NCBI RefSeq assembly: GCF_009914755.1
Contig: NC_060938.1
Strand: one strand, 5' to 3'
DNA from: the human T2T-CHM13v2.0 reference genome, Homo sapiens
Length of the DNA: 64,000 nt
In this document: one piece after another, positions 25,354-40,466 of the stretch
Position numbering within the stretch: position 1 is the first letter of the stretch
Layout: every line of letters starts with the position of its first letter
Made by a program: the position numbers and the translations under genes
The notes under the pieces: generated by a model
The model's database searches: none
The model's input: the letters and a program-made list of their open reading frames with translations, nothing else
What the model was told of the DNA's origin: nothing

Positions 25354-27914
25354 GTTTTAAAATTAAAATGACTGATACTGCCAAATGTTGACAAAGATAC
25401 GGAGCATCCAGAACTAGTGTACACTGTCAGTACAGCTGCTTTGGGAAAATGTCGGGCAGTTTCTCATAAAGCAAAATACATACCTACCCTATGACCCAGC
25501 AATTCCGCTCCTAGGTCTTTACGTAAGAGATATGAAAACATATGTCTACATAGTTGTACAAGAATGTTCCTAACAGTTTTATTTATGATGACCAAAATTT
25601 TCTAACAGTTCTCCTTTCTATCAATAGGAGGAGAATGAATAAACAAACTATGGTATACCCAAACAATGAAAAACTAGCAATAAAGAGGAAGGAATTACTA
25701 AGACATATAACATGGGTAAATCTCAAAAACATAATGTTTTCCACCAAAGAGTACATACCGGCATGATTCCATTTATATGGAGATTTAGAACAAAAAAACA
25801 GTTCTATAAAAGCGAAAGTAATCGATGGTAGAAAAATTCTGAACAGTGGTTTTCTCTGGAGGAATGTGGGTAGGGAGTTACAGGGAAGGGACTTAGGGGG
25901 ACCCTGTTGGTGATGTTTGGCTGGTAGGTTGGATAGGTGATTTGCAGAGGTGTACCCATTTGTCAGAACTCACCTAATGATACACTTAAGATTTGTGCAT
26001 TTCATTGTATGTAAATTTTATCCGAAAAGGAAAAAAATTCTGCAAGTAAATATTGAACCCTACGTAGTGATATGCAGGCAGAAGTACTGGGGATGAGGGC
26101 GGAAGTGTACCAAGCTCTGCAACTTACTCTGAAATGCATCCAAACAAGATGGGTTGATGGATGGACAGAGGGACGGGTAGATATCTAATAAATCAAGTAT
26201 AGTAACATGTTAATTGTAGAATCTAGGTGGTGGGTATACGGGTGTTCACTGTAAAATTCTTTCAACTTTTTAGAATGTTTGAAATTTTTCATAATAAAAT
26301 GGATTTAAAAGGTAATTGCAGTACTCACCCTGGGTGTATACACATGCACCCATTCTCGCGATGCCCCTAAAGCTCTTGCCCCTCAGAAGGCTAGATGAAA
26401 GAGGGGCATTGGGGAGTGAGTAACAGAGCCGAGAGGACTGCTAACAGCACCAGGGTTTCTGATGAAAATGCACTCGCCAGAGCTGTGTTTCTTTATTCGA
26501 AATCACACGGTTTTACTCAACAGGGCTCCTAGCCCTTCTGTCTCTGCTCCTGGTGCGTAAGGGCGGTGTGTGGGGCTCTGCGCCTGAAACCGCTCTCTCG
26601 GAAGGTGGGAAGATGCCCACGTATCCATTCCTCTCCGCGTACAGATTCGCTCCCACACGCCCGGGCGGGTGATTCCGGAGGGCCGCGCGGGGCTGTGTGC
26701 GCGGGCGGGGGCGGGATGTGTCTGGAGGGGGCAGAGCGCCCTCTCCCGGCCCCGGAGGGCCCACGCGGACCGGCTGAGCGTCCCACCAGCCGGTTCTGCA
26801 TCCACTACCCAGATCTGCGCGCCCTGGTGGGAGCACCGCAGCCCCGGGTCGGCCCTTCGAACGCCGAGCGTCTACCCGCGGAGACCAGCGCAGGAGGCGG
26901 GCCCGCGCGCAAGGAGGCGGGCGACAGGGTGGAGTCGCCGCAGCTGGCAGCCGCACGGCTCTACCTGTTGCAGCGTCGGAGCGCGCCCGCCTGAGAAGGC
27001 AGAGCGCGGTGCGGACCTGTGCTCCGCGCGCCGGCTGGCAGGGCAGGGCCGCGGCTGCCAGGAGGCCCGGGAACAGTCCCGACGGAGCGGCGCGGAGAGG
27101 GCGCTCCCCGGAAGGTGAGATCTGAGCGCGGCAGCGGCGCCAGCGCCCGCTACAAGGCGGGGTCTCGGGGAGGGGGCCCCGGCGGTTTGCTGGAGAGCCT
27201 TGCTACTGTTCTGCATGAGGTGGGGGATGCCTTCTGCGCGGACCCCGCGTCCAGGCAAAACTCTGGAACGCACTAGGCAGCCAAGCCCGGGGGGAAGAGA
27301 TGGAACGCTCCAAGGTCAAGGTCTCCTGGCCGCGGAGCCCTTCCAGCCCCCAGTGTTTGGCCTCCTCTCCGGAAGCGGGGCTGGCTCGCGGTGCGCGCTT
27401 GGTCCGGGCGGAGCCTACTAGTAGGCGCAGAGGACGCCCCCGCGCAGGATCCAGAGACCAAGGGCGCTCTGGCATGGTCAAGGCGAGGGAGGCTGCCCGG
27501 GGGAGAAGCCCCTAACTTCCTTTGCTCCCTGTTCCAACCTCCCTTTCTGGTCTCCTCTCTCCAGCCCGTCCGCCCAACGGATGCGCAGCGTTGGGGCCCG
27601 GCCGGAGGTCGGAGCCCTCGGACGCCGCAGCCCTCGGACGCCGCTCAGCACAGCCCCTCTCTCCGTGCGCCCGCCCTGGACCCCCTCCATCCCTAAGCCC
27701 CGGCAGCCGATTCGGAGACTCGGGAGGCCACAGGCTCAGCGCGACACCACGACCACAACTAGGAGGCACCATCGTCGATCTACCTGGGGAGGCACCTACA
27801 AAGCCAGCAGACTGACACCCGTGTCCTAGCCGTCGGCGGCCTGCGAAGCGATAGTCAAAGGAACCAGGACCCAGGACCCCGGCGCTCTGCTTACCCGCAG
27901 ACCTCCGGACCGCG

Positions 27915-27952
27915 CCCCCCCCCGCCGCCCCGCCCCGCCCCGCCCCGCCCCG
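27915..27952 (-). promoter_or_regulatory. GC-box array / G-quadruplex-forming (GGGGC)n tract
   Basis: + strand cccccccccgccgccccgccccgccccgccccgccccg, about 460 bp upstream of the KCNK13 ATG. Confidence 0.75.
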
Positions 27953-28278
27953 CGACCGTCTCTTTGCGGGAAACTCGAGTTGGCTCGAGCTTGCCCTGAA
28001 GACGCGCCACGCCCCCTCCCCTATCTGAGCCGGACAGGGAGCCGGGGTGGAAACTGCGCCCGCATCCCAGCGCCAAGCAGACGTGAACTCTGCGCCCGTT
28101 CCCCGGGACCTTCAGCGTTAAGGAGAACTCCGAGGAGAGCAGGGGGAGTGGAGGGGAACGGCGGCGACAAAGCGGATTTGAAACTAGGAGTCAAGGAGGA
28201 CGTGGGGAGCTGGCGCCACAGGAGCTACCGAGGCGGCGGCCGGGGGAGCCTCGCGGCCTGCGGGAGAGCCCGGCGGTC

Positions 28279-28317
28279 ATGGGCGAGCCGGCGGTGGGGC
28301 GCCCGGGAGCTGGCTGA
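28279..28317 (+). other. Upstream ORF (MGEPAVGRPGAG*) in the presumed KCNK13 5' UTR
   Basis: gcgGtcATGG has G at -3 and +4; TGA at 28315-28317; same frame as the main ATG (129 nt upstream). Confidence 0.65.
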
Positions 28318-28407
28318 GCGCCGGGGCCCTTATTTCCCGGGGGTGTGGGCGAGACTCCGCCGACGCCCGGTGCCGTGGGCCTGGGGGCTGCCCCCGGGGG
28401 CCCGGCC

Positions 28408-28741
28408 ATGGCTGGCCGGCGTTTCAGCTGGGGCCCGGGCCACCTGAACGAGGACAACGCGCGCTTTCTGCTGCTGGCCGCGCTCATCGTGCTCTACCTG
28501 CTGGGCGGCGCCGCCGTCTTCTCCGCGCTGGAGCTGGCGCACGAGCGCCAGGCCAAGCAGCGCTGGGAGGAGCGCCTGGCCAACTTCAGCCGCGGCCACA
28601 ACCTGAGCCGCGACGAGCTGCGCGGCTTCCTCCGCCACTACGAGGAGGCCACTCGGGCCGGCATCCGCGTGGACAACGTCCGCCCGCGCTGGGACTTCAC
28701 CGGCGCCTTCTACTTCGTGGGCACCGTCGTTTCCACCATAG
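28408..28741 (+). CDS. KCNK13: Two-pore-domain K+ channel THIK-1 (K2P13.1), coding exon 1: N-terminus, TM1, cap, first pore helix
   Basis: Kozak gccATGG. The translation MAGRRFSWGPGHLNEDNARFLLLAALIVLYLLGGAAVFSALE...WDFTGAFYFVGTVVSTI(G) matches recalled THIK-1, with sequons N59 (NFS) and N65 (NLS). Donor ATAG|gtaagt at 28741/28742 (334 nt, phase 1) splits the TIG-FG selectivity filter. Confidence 0.98.
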
Positions 28742-28899
28742 GTAAGTGTGCTGGCCGGACTCGCTGACAACCTCCGGGCGGCCTCCACTTCCTCCGGGGG
28801 GCAGGACCGACCCTCTCATCCTTTCATTCATCCATCTGGGCGCCCAGCCAGACTCCACTGACATGAGCTGTCGCCTGATCAACAGATGGTATTGCCTCC

Positions 28900-29062
28900 C
28901 CGCTGCTCTAATGTGGTCCAGGCACCGGCAGCTTCAGCGTCACCTGGCAGCTTGTTAGAAATGCAGTCTCAGTCCCCTCTGCAGACCTGCCGAGTCAGAA
29001 TCTGCATGTTAACAAAGTCCCCAAAGGATTGGAATGATCCTTAAATTGGAGACGCTCTGCTC
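28900..29062. mobile_element. MER5-like hAT MITE
   Basis: tcacctggcagcttgttagaaatgcagtctcag...gagtcagaatctgcatgttaacaaagtcccca. Confidence 0.8.
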
Positions 29063-31585
29063 TGGGAGATTTTCAGTCTAATGAAGGAGACACGGCTTGA
29101 GTTCATGGGGAAGAAGGCTTTTACAGATAGGGACAGGAAACTAAACATTTACTGAGTCAGTCAGAGGGGAAGTGCAGATTTTAAAAGATTCTGCCCTCGA
29201 CTTCACACTTACCGAGAAAAAATCAGAACAGCAGACTGAAAGTGAGGAAGCAAAAGTGCCAATGACGGTTCAAAAGATGGAAAATTTTCCACCAGGAAGA
29301 ACCAGGGAAGTGACCTTTGGGCTGAATCAATTCGTGTTAGGCATAACTTGGGTTTGGGAACTGAAAGCGCGGTTGCACTCTAGAGTAGGAGAGAATCGCA
29401 CTCAGGGGCCCCATGAGCTGGTTGGAGTGGTGGAAGGAAGACTAGGAAGGTCTGCTGGCTAATGGGATGGAGGCGGGGGTAGGACCTTCACTGACAGACT
29501 GAGGAGCTGGAATTTACCTAGAGGCACCTGGGAGCCATTGAGAATTTTTTAGCAAAGATGTAGCACAGCTACAATCAGCTGTGTTTATTTCCCAGCAGAA
29601 GGAAAATGATTTGGGGGAGTCTGCGCCACACCCCTAAAGATTGTTCATCCTTGAAGAATAATCAAGTGATTAATGGGGGTTAGGGAAGATGCTGTAGAAA
29701 TAAATTCTGAGGGGGGCAAAAAGAGACCTGGAGCAGGGGAGGGAGGTTGGAAGAGTTAGACGGAGAGGAAGTGGCCTCCAAGCTGCAAAAAAGGCTGGCA
29801 GTTGCAAACAGCCCAGGGTGCATGTGCTGAGCGCTCTGTAGCTACTGCCCCTGTGCACTCTAGAAGAGCTCGCTGGTGAGGTGGGGCGACAAGTTGAGCC
29901 TCCTTGAGGCTCCCACACATGGCTGTGCTACATAGACATTCTGCCAGGAGAAGCAGCACAAAAGACAAAAGAGATTGGCTTCAGGTCAGATTCATCATGA
30001 AAGACTTCCCAGGGCTAGTCCAGGAATCCAGGGCTTCAGCTGATGCACAGGAGGCGAGGCAGAGGACCAGTATGATTAGGGACACACCGGCTGTATCTGA
30101 AGTGCCTGGCTCCCAGCCCCCATCCCATCCCAGATGGTGCGGCCCATCAGCAGGCCATGATGGCACCACCATAACTGGGTATCAGGCAGGAAACCTTGCA
30201 GCAGACCAGAATGGGCCCAAGATTGGTGAAGGAGGAATAACACCCCCATGGTTCTCCCCCTGAGCCCACACTATCTGCTGGACTCTTAGCCGTGTTCCAC
30301 AAGCCCCTCCTCACATCACCTCCCACGTCCCAGAAGACAGTTCCAGAATCTCCACATAGGCAAGACTTGGGATGAACAAACTGATTAGGAGGTGTCACTT
30401 TGGAAGTGACCTTGACTCTACTGTGTTTGCATAGCAAGTACAGGATTTTTTTAGATTGAATGGTAACTTAGGGTGGTTTTGATGGGAGATTTGATGGCTG
30501 AATCTTTCCCACCACCATGAAAAACCATCTCTTGGTGCTCCCAGGGCACAGAGGCAGGAAGGAGCAGAGTGTGTGTGTGGACAGGTGCATCCATGTAGCA
30601 GGAACTGAGAGTGGCATGGGTAGGTGGCCATATAGGAACATGGGCTTTGGGGATACGAATATGACAATGTGGCATGGAGGAGTGGAAAGAAACCTGGACA
30701 AAGAGTCTGGAGTGGGAGCTTTTCATCCTGCCTCTGTATCTTGGGCAAGCCTCTTAACTATTCCGAGCCCCATCCTTTTCTCATCTGAGGCATCTACAGA
30801 GTGCCCACCTTGGTATCTGGCACATCAGCTATTTGGTGAATATTAGTCCTGCCCCCTGCTCCCTCCGTCTGCGTAAGCCTGCCCCTGTCACAGGGTTCTT
30901 GTGAGGGACAATGAGCTCTTGTAAGTGCGTGCGTGTTAAAAGGTAAAAAACATGATGTCAGTGTGGGCTGATTTTTATTTCTCATTTGTAACATTTCCTT
31001 TTAAATTGTTTCACTAATTGTTGTAATAACAGCACTGGCTAACCTTTATCAGGCCCGTATTAGGCACATACTGTATGATTATTATGTGAATGTGCAATGC
31101 AGCTCATTGCTGTGTGACATTCACACTTCATTTCAGCCAACACAACTCCATGAGGTAGGCATAACACTCCCCCGTTATAGATGAAAAAGCTGAAGGTTCA
31201 GGTTTTTTGTAAAATAAAGTATAAAGAAGAAAAAAATCAAGTTATATGCAGTAATATCATCCAAATTAACCATTGTTCATGTTTTGGTCCATTTTCTTCT
31301 GGTCTCCTTTTTCCTCTGCGTATACTTATATACATATGCATTTTTAAAAATTAGAATTATATTCTATAAACCACTCATATCTTGCATTTTTATTGTAACA
31401 TTACATGATGGTGTTTTTCCTCTAAAAATTAATTCCACCATGCTTTATTCTGCAAAGACTTTGAGGTAGCAGACAAAGTATACAGGAAAATAATCATAAA
31501 ATACAAATAAAACTTCAGAACCAGGGAAAAGAAGAACAGAAATACGGGATGCAAGTGGAGCTACGAAGTTGCTAGAGAGGAACTT

Positions 31586-32080
31586 TGTCTTAGTTTGGGT
31601 TCCCTTAGAAGCAGAGCTTGAGCCAAGAATTTGAGTGTAAGCAGTTTATTGGGAGGAGCAAGGGATACAGGTCGGTGCAAGGGAAAGTGAATCGAGGAAG
31701 GAAAGTAAGTTAATCCAGGATACGCTATTAAGGCAGGTGCCACAGTGGGCAACTGGTACCTAATCCCAAATGGAAGCTTGGAAGCAAAGCAAAGCTCTTG
31801 ACCCAGATATCCCATGCAAGAAAGCTGGGATGTTTACACAACCACACCTGTCAGGAATTGGTTAAAAAGCTGTCTGGGGAGGATGAGAAAGGAGCACGGG
31901 GATGTAATTTCCAGGTACTTCTGGCCTTATTTTCTTTCATGGACAGCCCAAGGGTAGCCCTCACGCAGAGATAGGCTCTGCTGTTGGAAATGAGGCCAGT
32001 GTGCCAGGAAATGATAACACGATCCCAAGGAATGGTGGGGAATCCCATGGAAGGCAGAGAACCAGCAAGCTTCAGATTTG
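31586..32080 (-). mobile_element. ERVL LTR (LTR16/LTR33-like)
   Basis: tgtcttagtttgggttcccttagaagcagagcttgagccaagaatttgagtgtaagcagtttattggg is an antisense ERVL LTR 3' end. Confidence 0.65.
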
Positions 32081-32152
32081 GTTTCAGGCTTCATGGCAGA
32101 CAGAGTCATGACCCATACTAGAATTCTTAATATCAGAAACGAGGAAACATAA

Positions 32153-32766
<614 letters not shown>

Positions 32767-32934
32767 CCAGTACCTAATTCTCAAAAGTATTTTCTCTTTG
32801 GGATTATATGTAGGAGACATTGTGTAGGACAACAGATGATATTCACAAACAATATTTTCCTGGAAAATGCTATTGAGGATTTCATGTAGCTGTGATCTAA
32901 TTGAGACTTTTGACTTAAAAGTCAGAGCTTAGAG

Positions 32935-33835
<901 letters not shown>

Positions 33836-34097
33836 AAAACCTCAGGGCAGAGTATTAAAACACAATTCAGAAATGTTGATTCTGAAAAAGGCTGGAGATC
33901 AGACGTGAAACAGGGATAAACTTAAAGTACTCAGAAAAGTAGAATGACAGTATGTCTTGTAAATGATCTTCTGTGAATATCTTTTCTCTGAAACTAGCTT
34001 TTGTTAGGAGCTTGTCCCCGTGTTTGCTGGTATATCTGTAGGTAGCTTCTGTCCCCAAAGGGTTTGAGGTACTCTGCATTTGACAGAGTCGGGGAAG

Positions 34098-34480
34098 GCT
34101 TAGGTTTTGCTGCAGTAACAAGCTACTCCCAAAATCTCAGTAGCTTAATGTAATAAAAGTGTACTTCTTACCCACACCAAGTTCACTGTGGGTGCTGGTG
34201 ATGCTGCCGGGCGGTTGTCTCTGTGTTGCCCCAGCGCTTCAGGCCTCTTCTGTCTCTTGGCTCCTCTTCCTCAGCACATGCTTCCAGGATTGCTCTAGAA
34301 GGGGAAGAAAGGGCTGAAGAGTCAAGCACCAATGATTAAATGGCCACCACCACCTGGAAGTAGCACAGGTCCCCTCCACTCCCACATCCTTAGCCAAATC
34401 AAGTCACAGAACCACCACTCCCTACTTCAAAGGGTCAGGGAAACGTTATCCCATCCCCTTTGTGGCAAGTTGCAGAAGAA
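34098..34480 (-). mobile_element. Old MaLR LTR (MLT1-like)
   Basis: gcttaggttttgctgcagtaacaa...ccccaaaatctcagtagcttaa. Confidence 0.55.
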
Positions 34481-34512
34481 ATGTTTCTTCCAGGCTAAAA
34501 AAGCACGTGTTG

Positions 34513-34820
34513 GGCCCAGCGGGGTGGCTCATGCCTGTAATCTCAGCACTTTGGGAGGGGGAGGTGGGTGGATTGCTTGAGGCCAGGAGTTCGAAACCAG
34601 CCTGGCCAACATGGCGAAACCCCATCTCTACAAAAAAAATAGAAAAAATTAGCCAGGTGTGGTGGTGCAGGCCTGTAGTCCCAGCTACTTGGCGGGCTGA
34701 GGTAGGAGGATCACTTGAGCCCAGGAGATTGAGGTTGAGGCTGCAGTGAACCATGATCATGCCACTGCCCTCCAGCCTGGGCAATAGGGCAAGACCCTGT
34801 CTCAAGCAAAAAAAAGAAAA
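34513..34820 (+). mobile_element. AluJ-like SINE followed by a MER5 fragment (~34822-34930)
   Basis: ggatcacttgagcccaggag (AluJ-type); then aaatgcagactctcagg...cacattcaagtttgagaa. Confidence 0.9.
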
Positions 34821-35207
34821 GAAATGCAGACTCTCAGGTCAACCCCAGACCAACAGAATCAAAGTCTGTGCTTTAATAAGACACCCAGGTGAGTCCTGGG
34901 CACATTCAAGTTTGAGAAATCTGGAGTCTAGAGGGCCGTTCATGTTGTGATGTTTCTGACTAGGACAAGCCCTCCCATGCTTTAGAACATAGACAAACTG
35001 GTGGCCAGGCAGGTGTGGTGAGGAGGTGAGCTCACCTGCTGTCTTATGACCTCCTCGCCAACTGGAAGTCAAGTGCGCTGAGGGCAGGTTCATTACACAC
35101 CATCCAGATGCAGGGATGTGCCGGGCTCAGGCTGAGAAGATGACCCGGCTCATGAGGACCTGAGATGCTCAGATGGAGAGGCTCAGCCTCGCCTCGTATG
35201 TGACTAG

Positions 35208-35536
<329 letters not shown>

Positions 35537-37856
35537 TATTCATTTTTATTAAACAGAGATAATTATGCAAGTGCCCTTTTCTGTCCCGGGGTGTGGCCCA
35601 TGATTGGCTCTGCATGGCTGTACTCTACAAGACCCCCATGGGATTCTGGGGCTCAGCTGGTAGGTGTCTTGTTGGCCCTGGTCAGTGTGTAAATCCATGT
35701 GGTGCTGAACTGAATATTGCTTTGGAAATCTTTTTTTTTTTTTCTCAGAGGAACAAGGCTGAGGAAAGAGCTTTTGAAATCAAAGTATATCAAGTCCAAA
35801 CAATAAAATATTGAAAGTCACTATTTTACAGTATAAAGTTATAAACTGACATCAAAGAAGATGAGGCATTCAGAAAGAATAAAAATATCCCACGAATGCA
35901 TTAATGATATACATTAATGGATGTTATGCATGGGTCAAGATTTAAATCATACATTGAACACTTCAGATGTTACCAAGCATTTGTGCACAAACCTTATGGG
36001 ATAGGCAGGGAAGTTATTACTAATTCCATTTTGCAAGTAAGGAACCTGAGGTGCAGACAGCATAGATATCTTGCTTCAGACCACACAGCTATAAAGTGGC
36101 AGAGTTAGAATTAGAACCAAGTTTTGTTTTGTTCAGTGTCTAGTGACAAAATATATATTAATTTTGGAAGACTGGGAAAGTATAAAAAAAAAGTAGAAAT
36201 CATCCATAATTCTACCAACCAACAACAAACACTGTAAATAGTCTGGGAAATCATATCATACATATTGAACCTAAAGTGCTATTTTTAAAATCTAAGCTGC
36301 ATCATTATTTTATGTACCATCAAGAAAGAAACACTGCCAATTAAATTCTGACATGTTACCTGTTGTGGGATGCATCTCGATTTCAGAGATATTAAAATTT
36401 GGGGGAAAGGTGTATCTTAAAATCACTGAAATGTATTTTGTATCTCATTGCTTTCTATATAACCATTATAACATGAGCAGATTGTTGTAATTAGGCAAAA
36501 ATGAATCTCCTTATAATTAATAGCTCTGATTTTCTATTAAAGTTGATTGATTCAAAATGTTGATTAAAAAATACTTACAGTTCATCTTCTCTGAATCAAC
36601 TAATTCTTCCCCCATTTTTCTGCTGGGAGCAGGGGGAATGCTGTGTTAATCAAAGTGTCTGTGTGCTTTATAGTTTAAAGATTTCGACCCTGTCTAAAGA
36701 CTGAATGTGTCATATTTTTCATCCTTTATTCTCTGCTCAATGTCTATAATTTATTATTTATTACTTAGATAGAGAAATGTTTTTCATTTCAATTCAGTTT
36801 CGTATTTCAGTCCTTTCCTTGTGCTTTCTTCCATTGTCTTCGTGCTTAAATCTTTTTCCATCCAGATTCCGTAAGAATGCAAGCTTTTCTTCAATATTTT
36901 TGCAACTGCTCTCCGTTTCCAGTTATAGCAGTGGCTTTTAAAGCACTTTAATGTGTTGTTTCATGCGAACAATGGCAGGTGCGTTTGGAATTATAGCTGA
37001 GGAGCAATGTGTGGTCGTGGGGAATGAGAAAACTGGAAGAGTAGCTGGTGAGAGCTTACCTCCACTCAGGATAGGGTGAGAGGGCCATACCTCTTCCAGC
37101 TTCTAAAATTTCGTGGGGAAGCTCAGACAGTCCATTCTGAGAATCCTGGATTTGTTCAATTATTTGTTTCCTGCTGGGAACATTTCAATATCTGGAAATT
37201 AGAGCTGTGTTGTAGGACACAGCCCTCACTCTCCATTGCCCAGCATTTAGTATTCATATATGCTCATCTTAGCCCATTGCATTAGAAATTCTTGTTTATA
37301 TTATAAAATAGAATGGCTTCCTTTTCTTTTATCGTAAATTCCATCCAGTTCTCTCTTTCCCTCTATCCCTTTCTCTATGAAGGAGAGATGGGTTTGGTAT
37401 GAGTGTTAACCCAAATAATTCTTGGGCTCCTTGGGGTCCTGTCCAAGAAGCTGTCTTCTTTTGAAAGAAGCATGGTCTGTTAGCCACAAATAATGAAAAA
37501 TAAATTTGATTTTTGCTTGCATCTTAAAAGAACCTTAAAGAGTCTCCAATTTATAACCAAAGAAACTTCTTCCTTTTCTCCTCTCCCAGTCTCTCATATC
37601 TCAAAGGAGTTCTGGAACCTCTTATCCCTAAACTCCTCCCCAACTTTCTCCCAACCATCAGCCCTCTGTCTTTCTGTCCCTCCTGGTCCCATCTCCCCAC
37701 ATCTCTCTGTGCTCCCTGTTATCAGGATTGACTTCACTTCTGCAACATCATTTAGCTTTCTCTCAGCATATCTCCTGGATTCCCCACAGTAAAGGACAGT
37801 CCTGGTAGTTGACCCAGCAAGCAACAATCTTTTCCCCTTAGAAGGAAGGAGAGAAT

Positions 37857-38151
<295 letters not shown>

Positions 38152-39731
38152 TTAAAGTCATTAATGACTTTACACCTGGGGAACATCTCAGCCATTAGAG
38201 GAGGACATTTCTGTGTTCAGACCCAGAAGCACGCAGTCCTGCCGAGGACGGTGGGGAAAATCACCTCATCAGAAGGCACCTCTGTCACAACACGGCCCTC
38301 CCTTCATCCTCCAGCCTTTTTTGCCTCTTTTGGTTCAGCTGATGTGAATTGCCAGACATTATACCAGGACCTTCAGCATACCTACTGCGTCTTCCTTTGG
38401 CCAGAGAGTCATCCTTATAAGCCTAATTAGGTGCTCAGGGTATATTTTTCCCATTCTCTAATCAGCTCTCCTGTGTCTCTCAACGAATCGCCTCTCCTTG
38501 AAAGGGAAACACTGTAATCCATGAACTCAGGGGTCAGACCGTGAATGTAAATGAGTGTAACGGGGTGTAGGACATTAGGGAGCAGTAGGGCCTTGTGCCC
38601 TGGAGAGAGCAGCCCCAACACAGGCATTCAGAGTCTCACTTTGAAACAGCATTGTGCTGGCCAGACGGGTCTGATGGGTGGAGTCCCCCAGTTGAAGGTT
38701 TGATGATCATGAGCTCTGGGCTTCCTTATCTTTGGGAGGGAGGACAGGGAGCGCATAGCATCGCTCTTGAGTGTAGCAGAGCTTGCTTTTTATAGTTCAC
38801 TTAAAGGACGCTTGTTCACAGAGGGTGAACCTTGCATGCACTTATTTCTAAAAGGAACTAAGGGCAGTTACACTCTCTTAAACTCTTCTGATTTCTGCGA
38901 CTACACATAGTTATTGAAATCTATAAGTATGTATGGACTATTAGCTTTTTCACATTATTTCCTATACACTTTCTCAAGAATTCCACATGTTTATATGAAT
39001 GCAGAATGGTTTAACTATCCTCAAAGAGTTGGACTTGGGGTTATATGTGATTTTTTTTTTACTATTGCATAAAATAAAAGTATGAAATTTTGGATTTCAC
39101 CATGGTTAAACACAGTGCACATCTTTGTGTACGTTTAGTTCTAACAACAACCCCATAAGATTGGTACTATTAATACTCTCATGTTGCAAACAAGGATCCT
39201 GAGGCTCCAAGAGCTTCTGTGCTCCGTCTGAAGCCACCCAGCTGGAAGCAGTGTGGCATCTCCCTTCAAACCTTACACTCTGAACCACCACTTCTTTGCC
39301 TTTTCTTCCTTTAGGGTCCTCGTTGTGGGAAGGATCGCCAGTTAAAGTGACCACGTGTGGTCTCTTTTACAGTGTGGTGGCCCTTAGGTGACCTAGGATA
39401 GTCTAAGAAGACAGAAGTGGTCTGGTTAGCAGAATCTCAGGGGAGGCTGATGATGTCTGTGCTACTACGGGTGTAAGGTTTGGGTAGCGTGCTGCCTACC
39501 GCCCAGGAGTCCATGCAAACAGAGACTTCTGCCTCCCACCGGCAGTCCTCTCAAAGCTGCAACCTCTCTGCCATCACCATGATGAGGGGTACCCGCCCCC
39601 AGGACTTTCATCTCCAATTCAGACATATTTGATCCCAGATGTCACTTCCTGACTTTGCCTATTAACTCTTGGCATGTTGGCACCAAGGTTCTCTGTGTCT
39701 TGGGTCTTCTCTCCTTTTAAGCAGCTGATGA

Positions 39732-40466
<735 letters not shown>

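Larger units (their letters stand above)
26560..28830. promoter_or_regulatory. KCNK13: CpG island: KCNK13 promoter and exon 1
   Basis: Very high GC and CpG density, in abrupt contrast to the CpG-poor flanks; multiple GC boxes; no obvious TATA box upstream of the CDS. Confidence 0.95.

Noticed and set aside
26503-28487. Many overlapping 70-155 aa ORFs in the CpG island
   Set aside because: Stop-codon scarcity in GC-rich DNA; R/P/G/A low-complexity translations in all frames.
28742-28767. ORF-track C-terminal extension KCAGRTR* of KCNK13
   Set aside because: Read-through into intron 1 past a canonical GTAAGT donor.
28330-28788. 152-aa antisense ORF over KCNK13 exon 1
   Set aside because: Expected shadow of a GC3-rich CDS; no recognisable protein.
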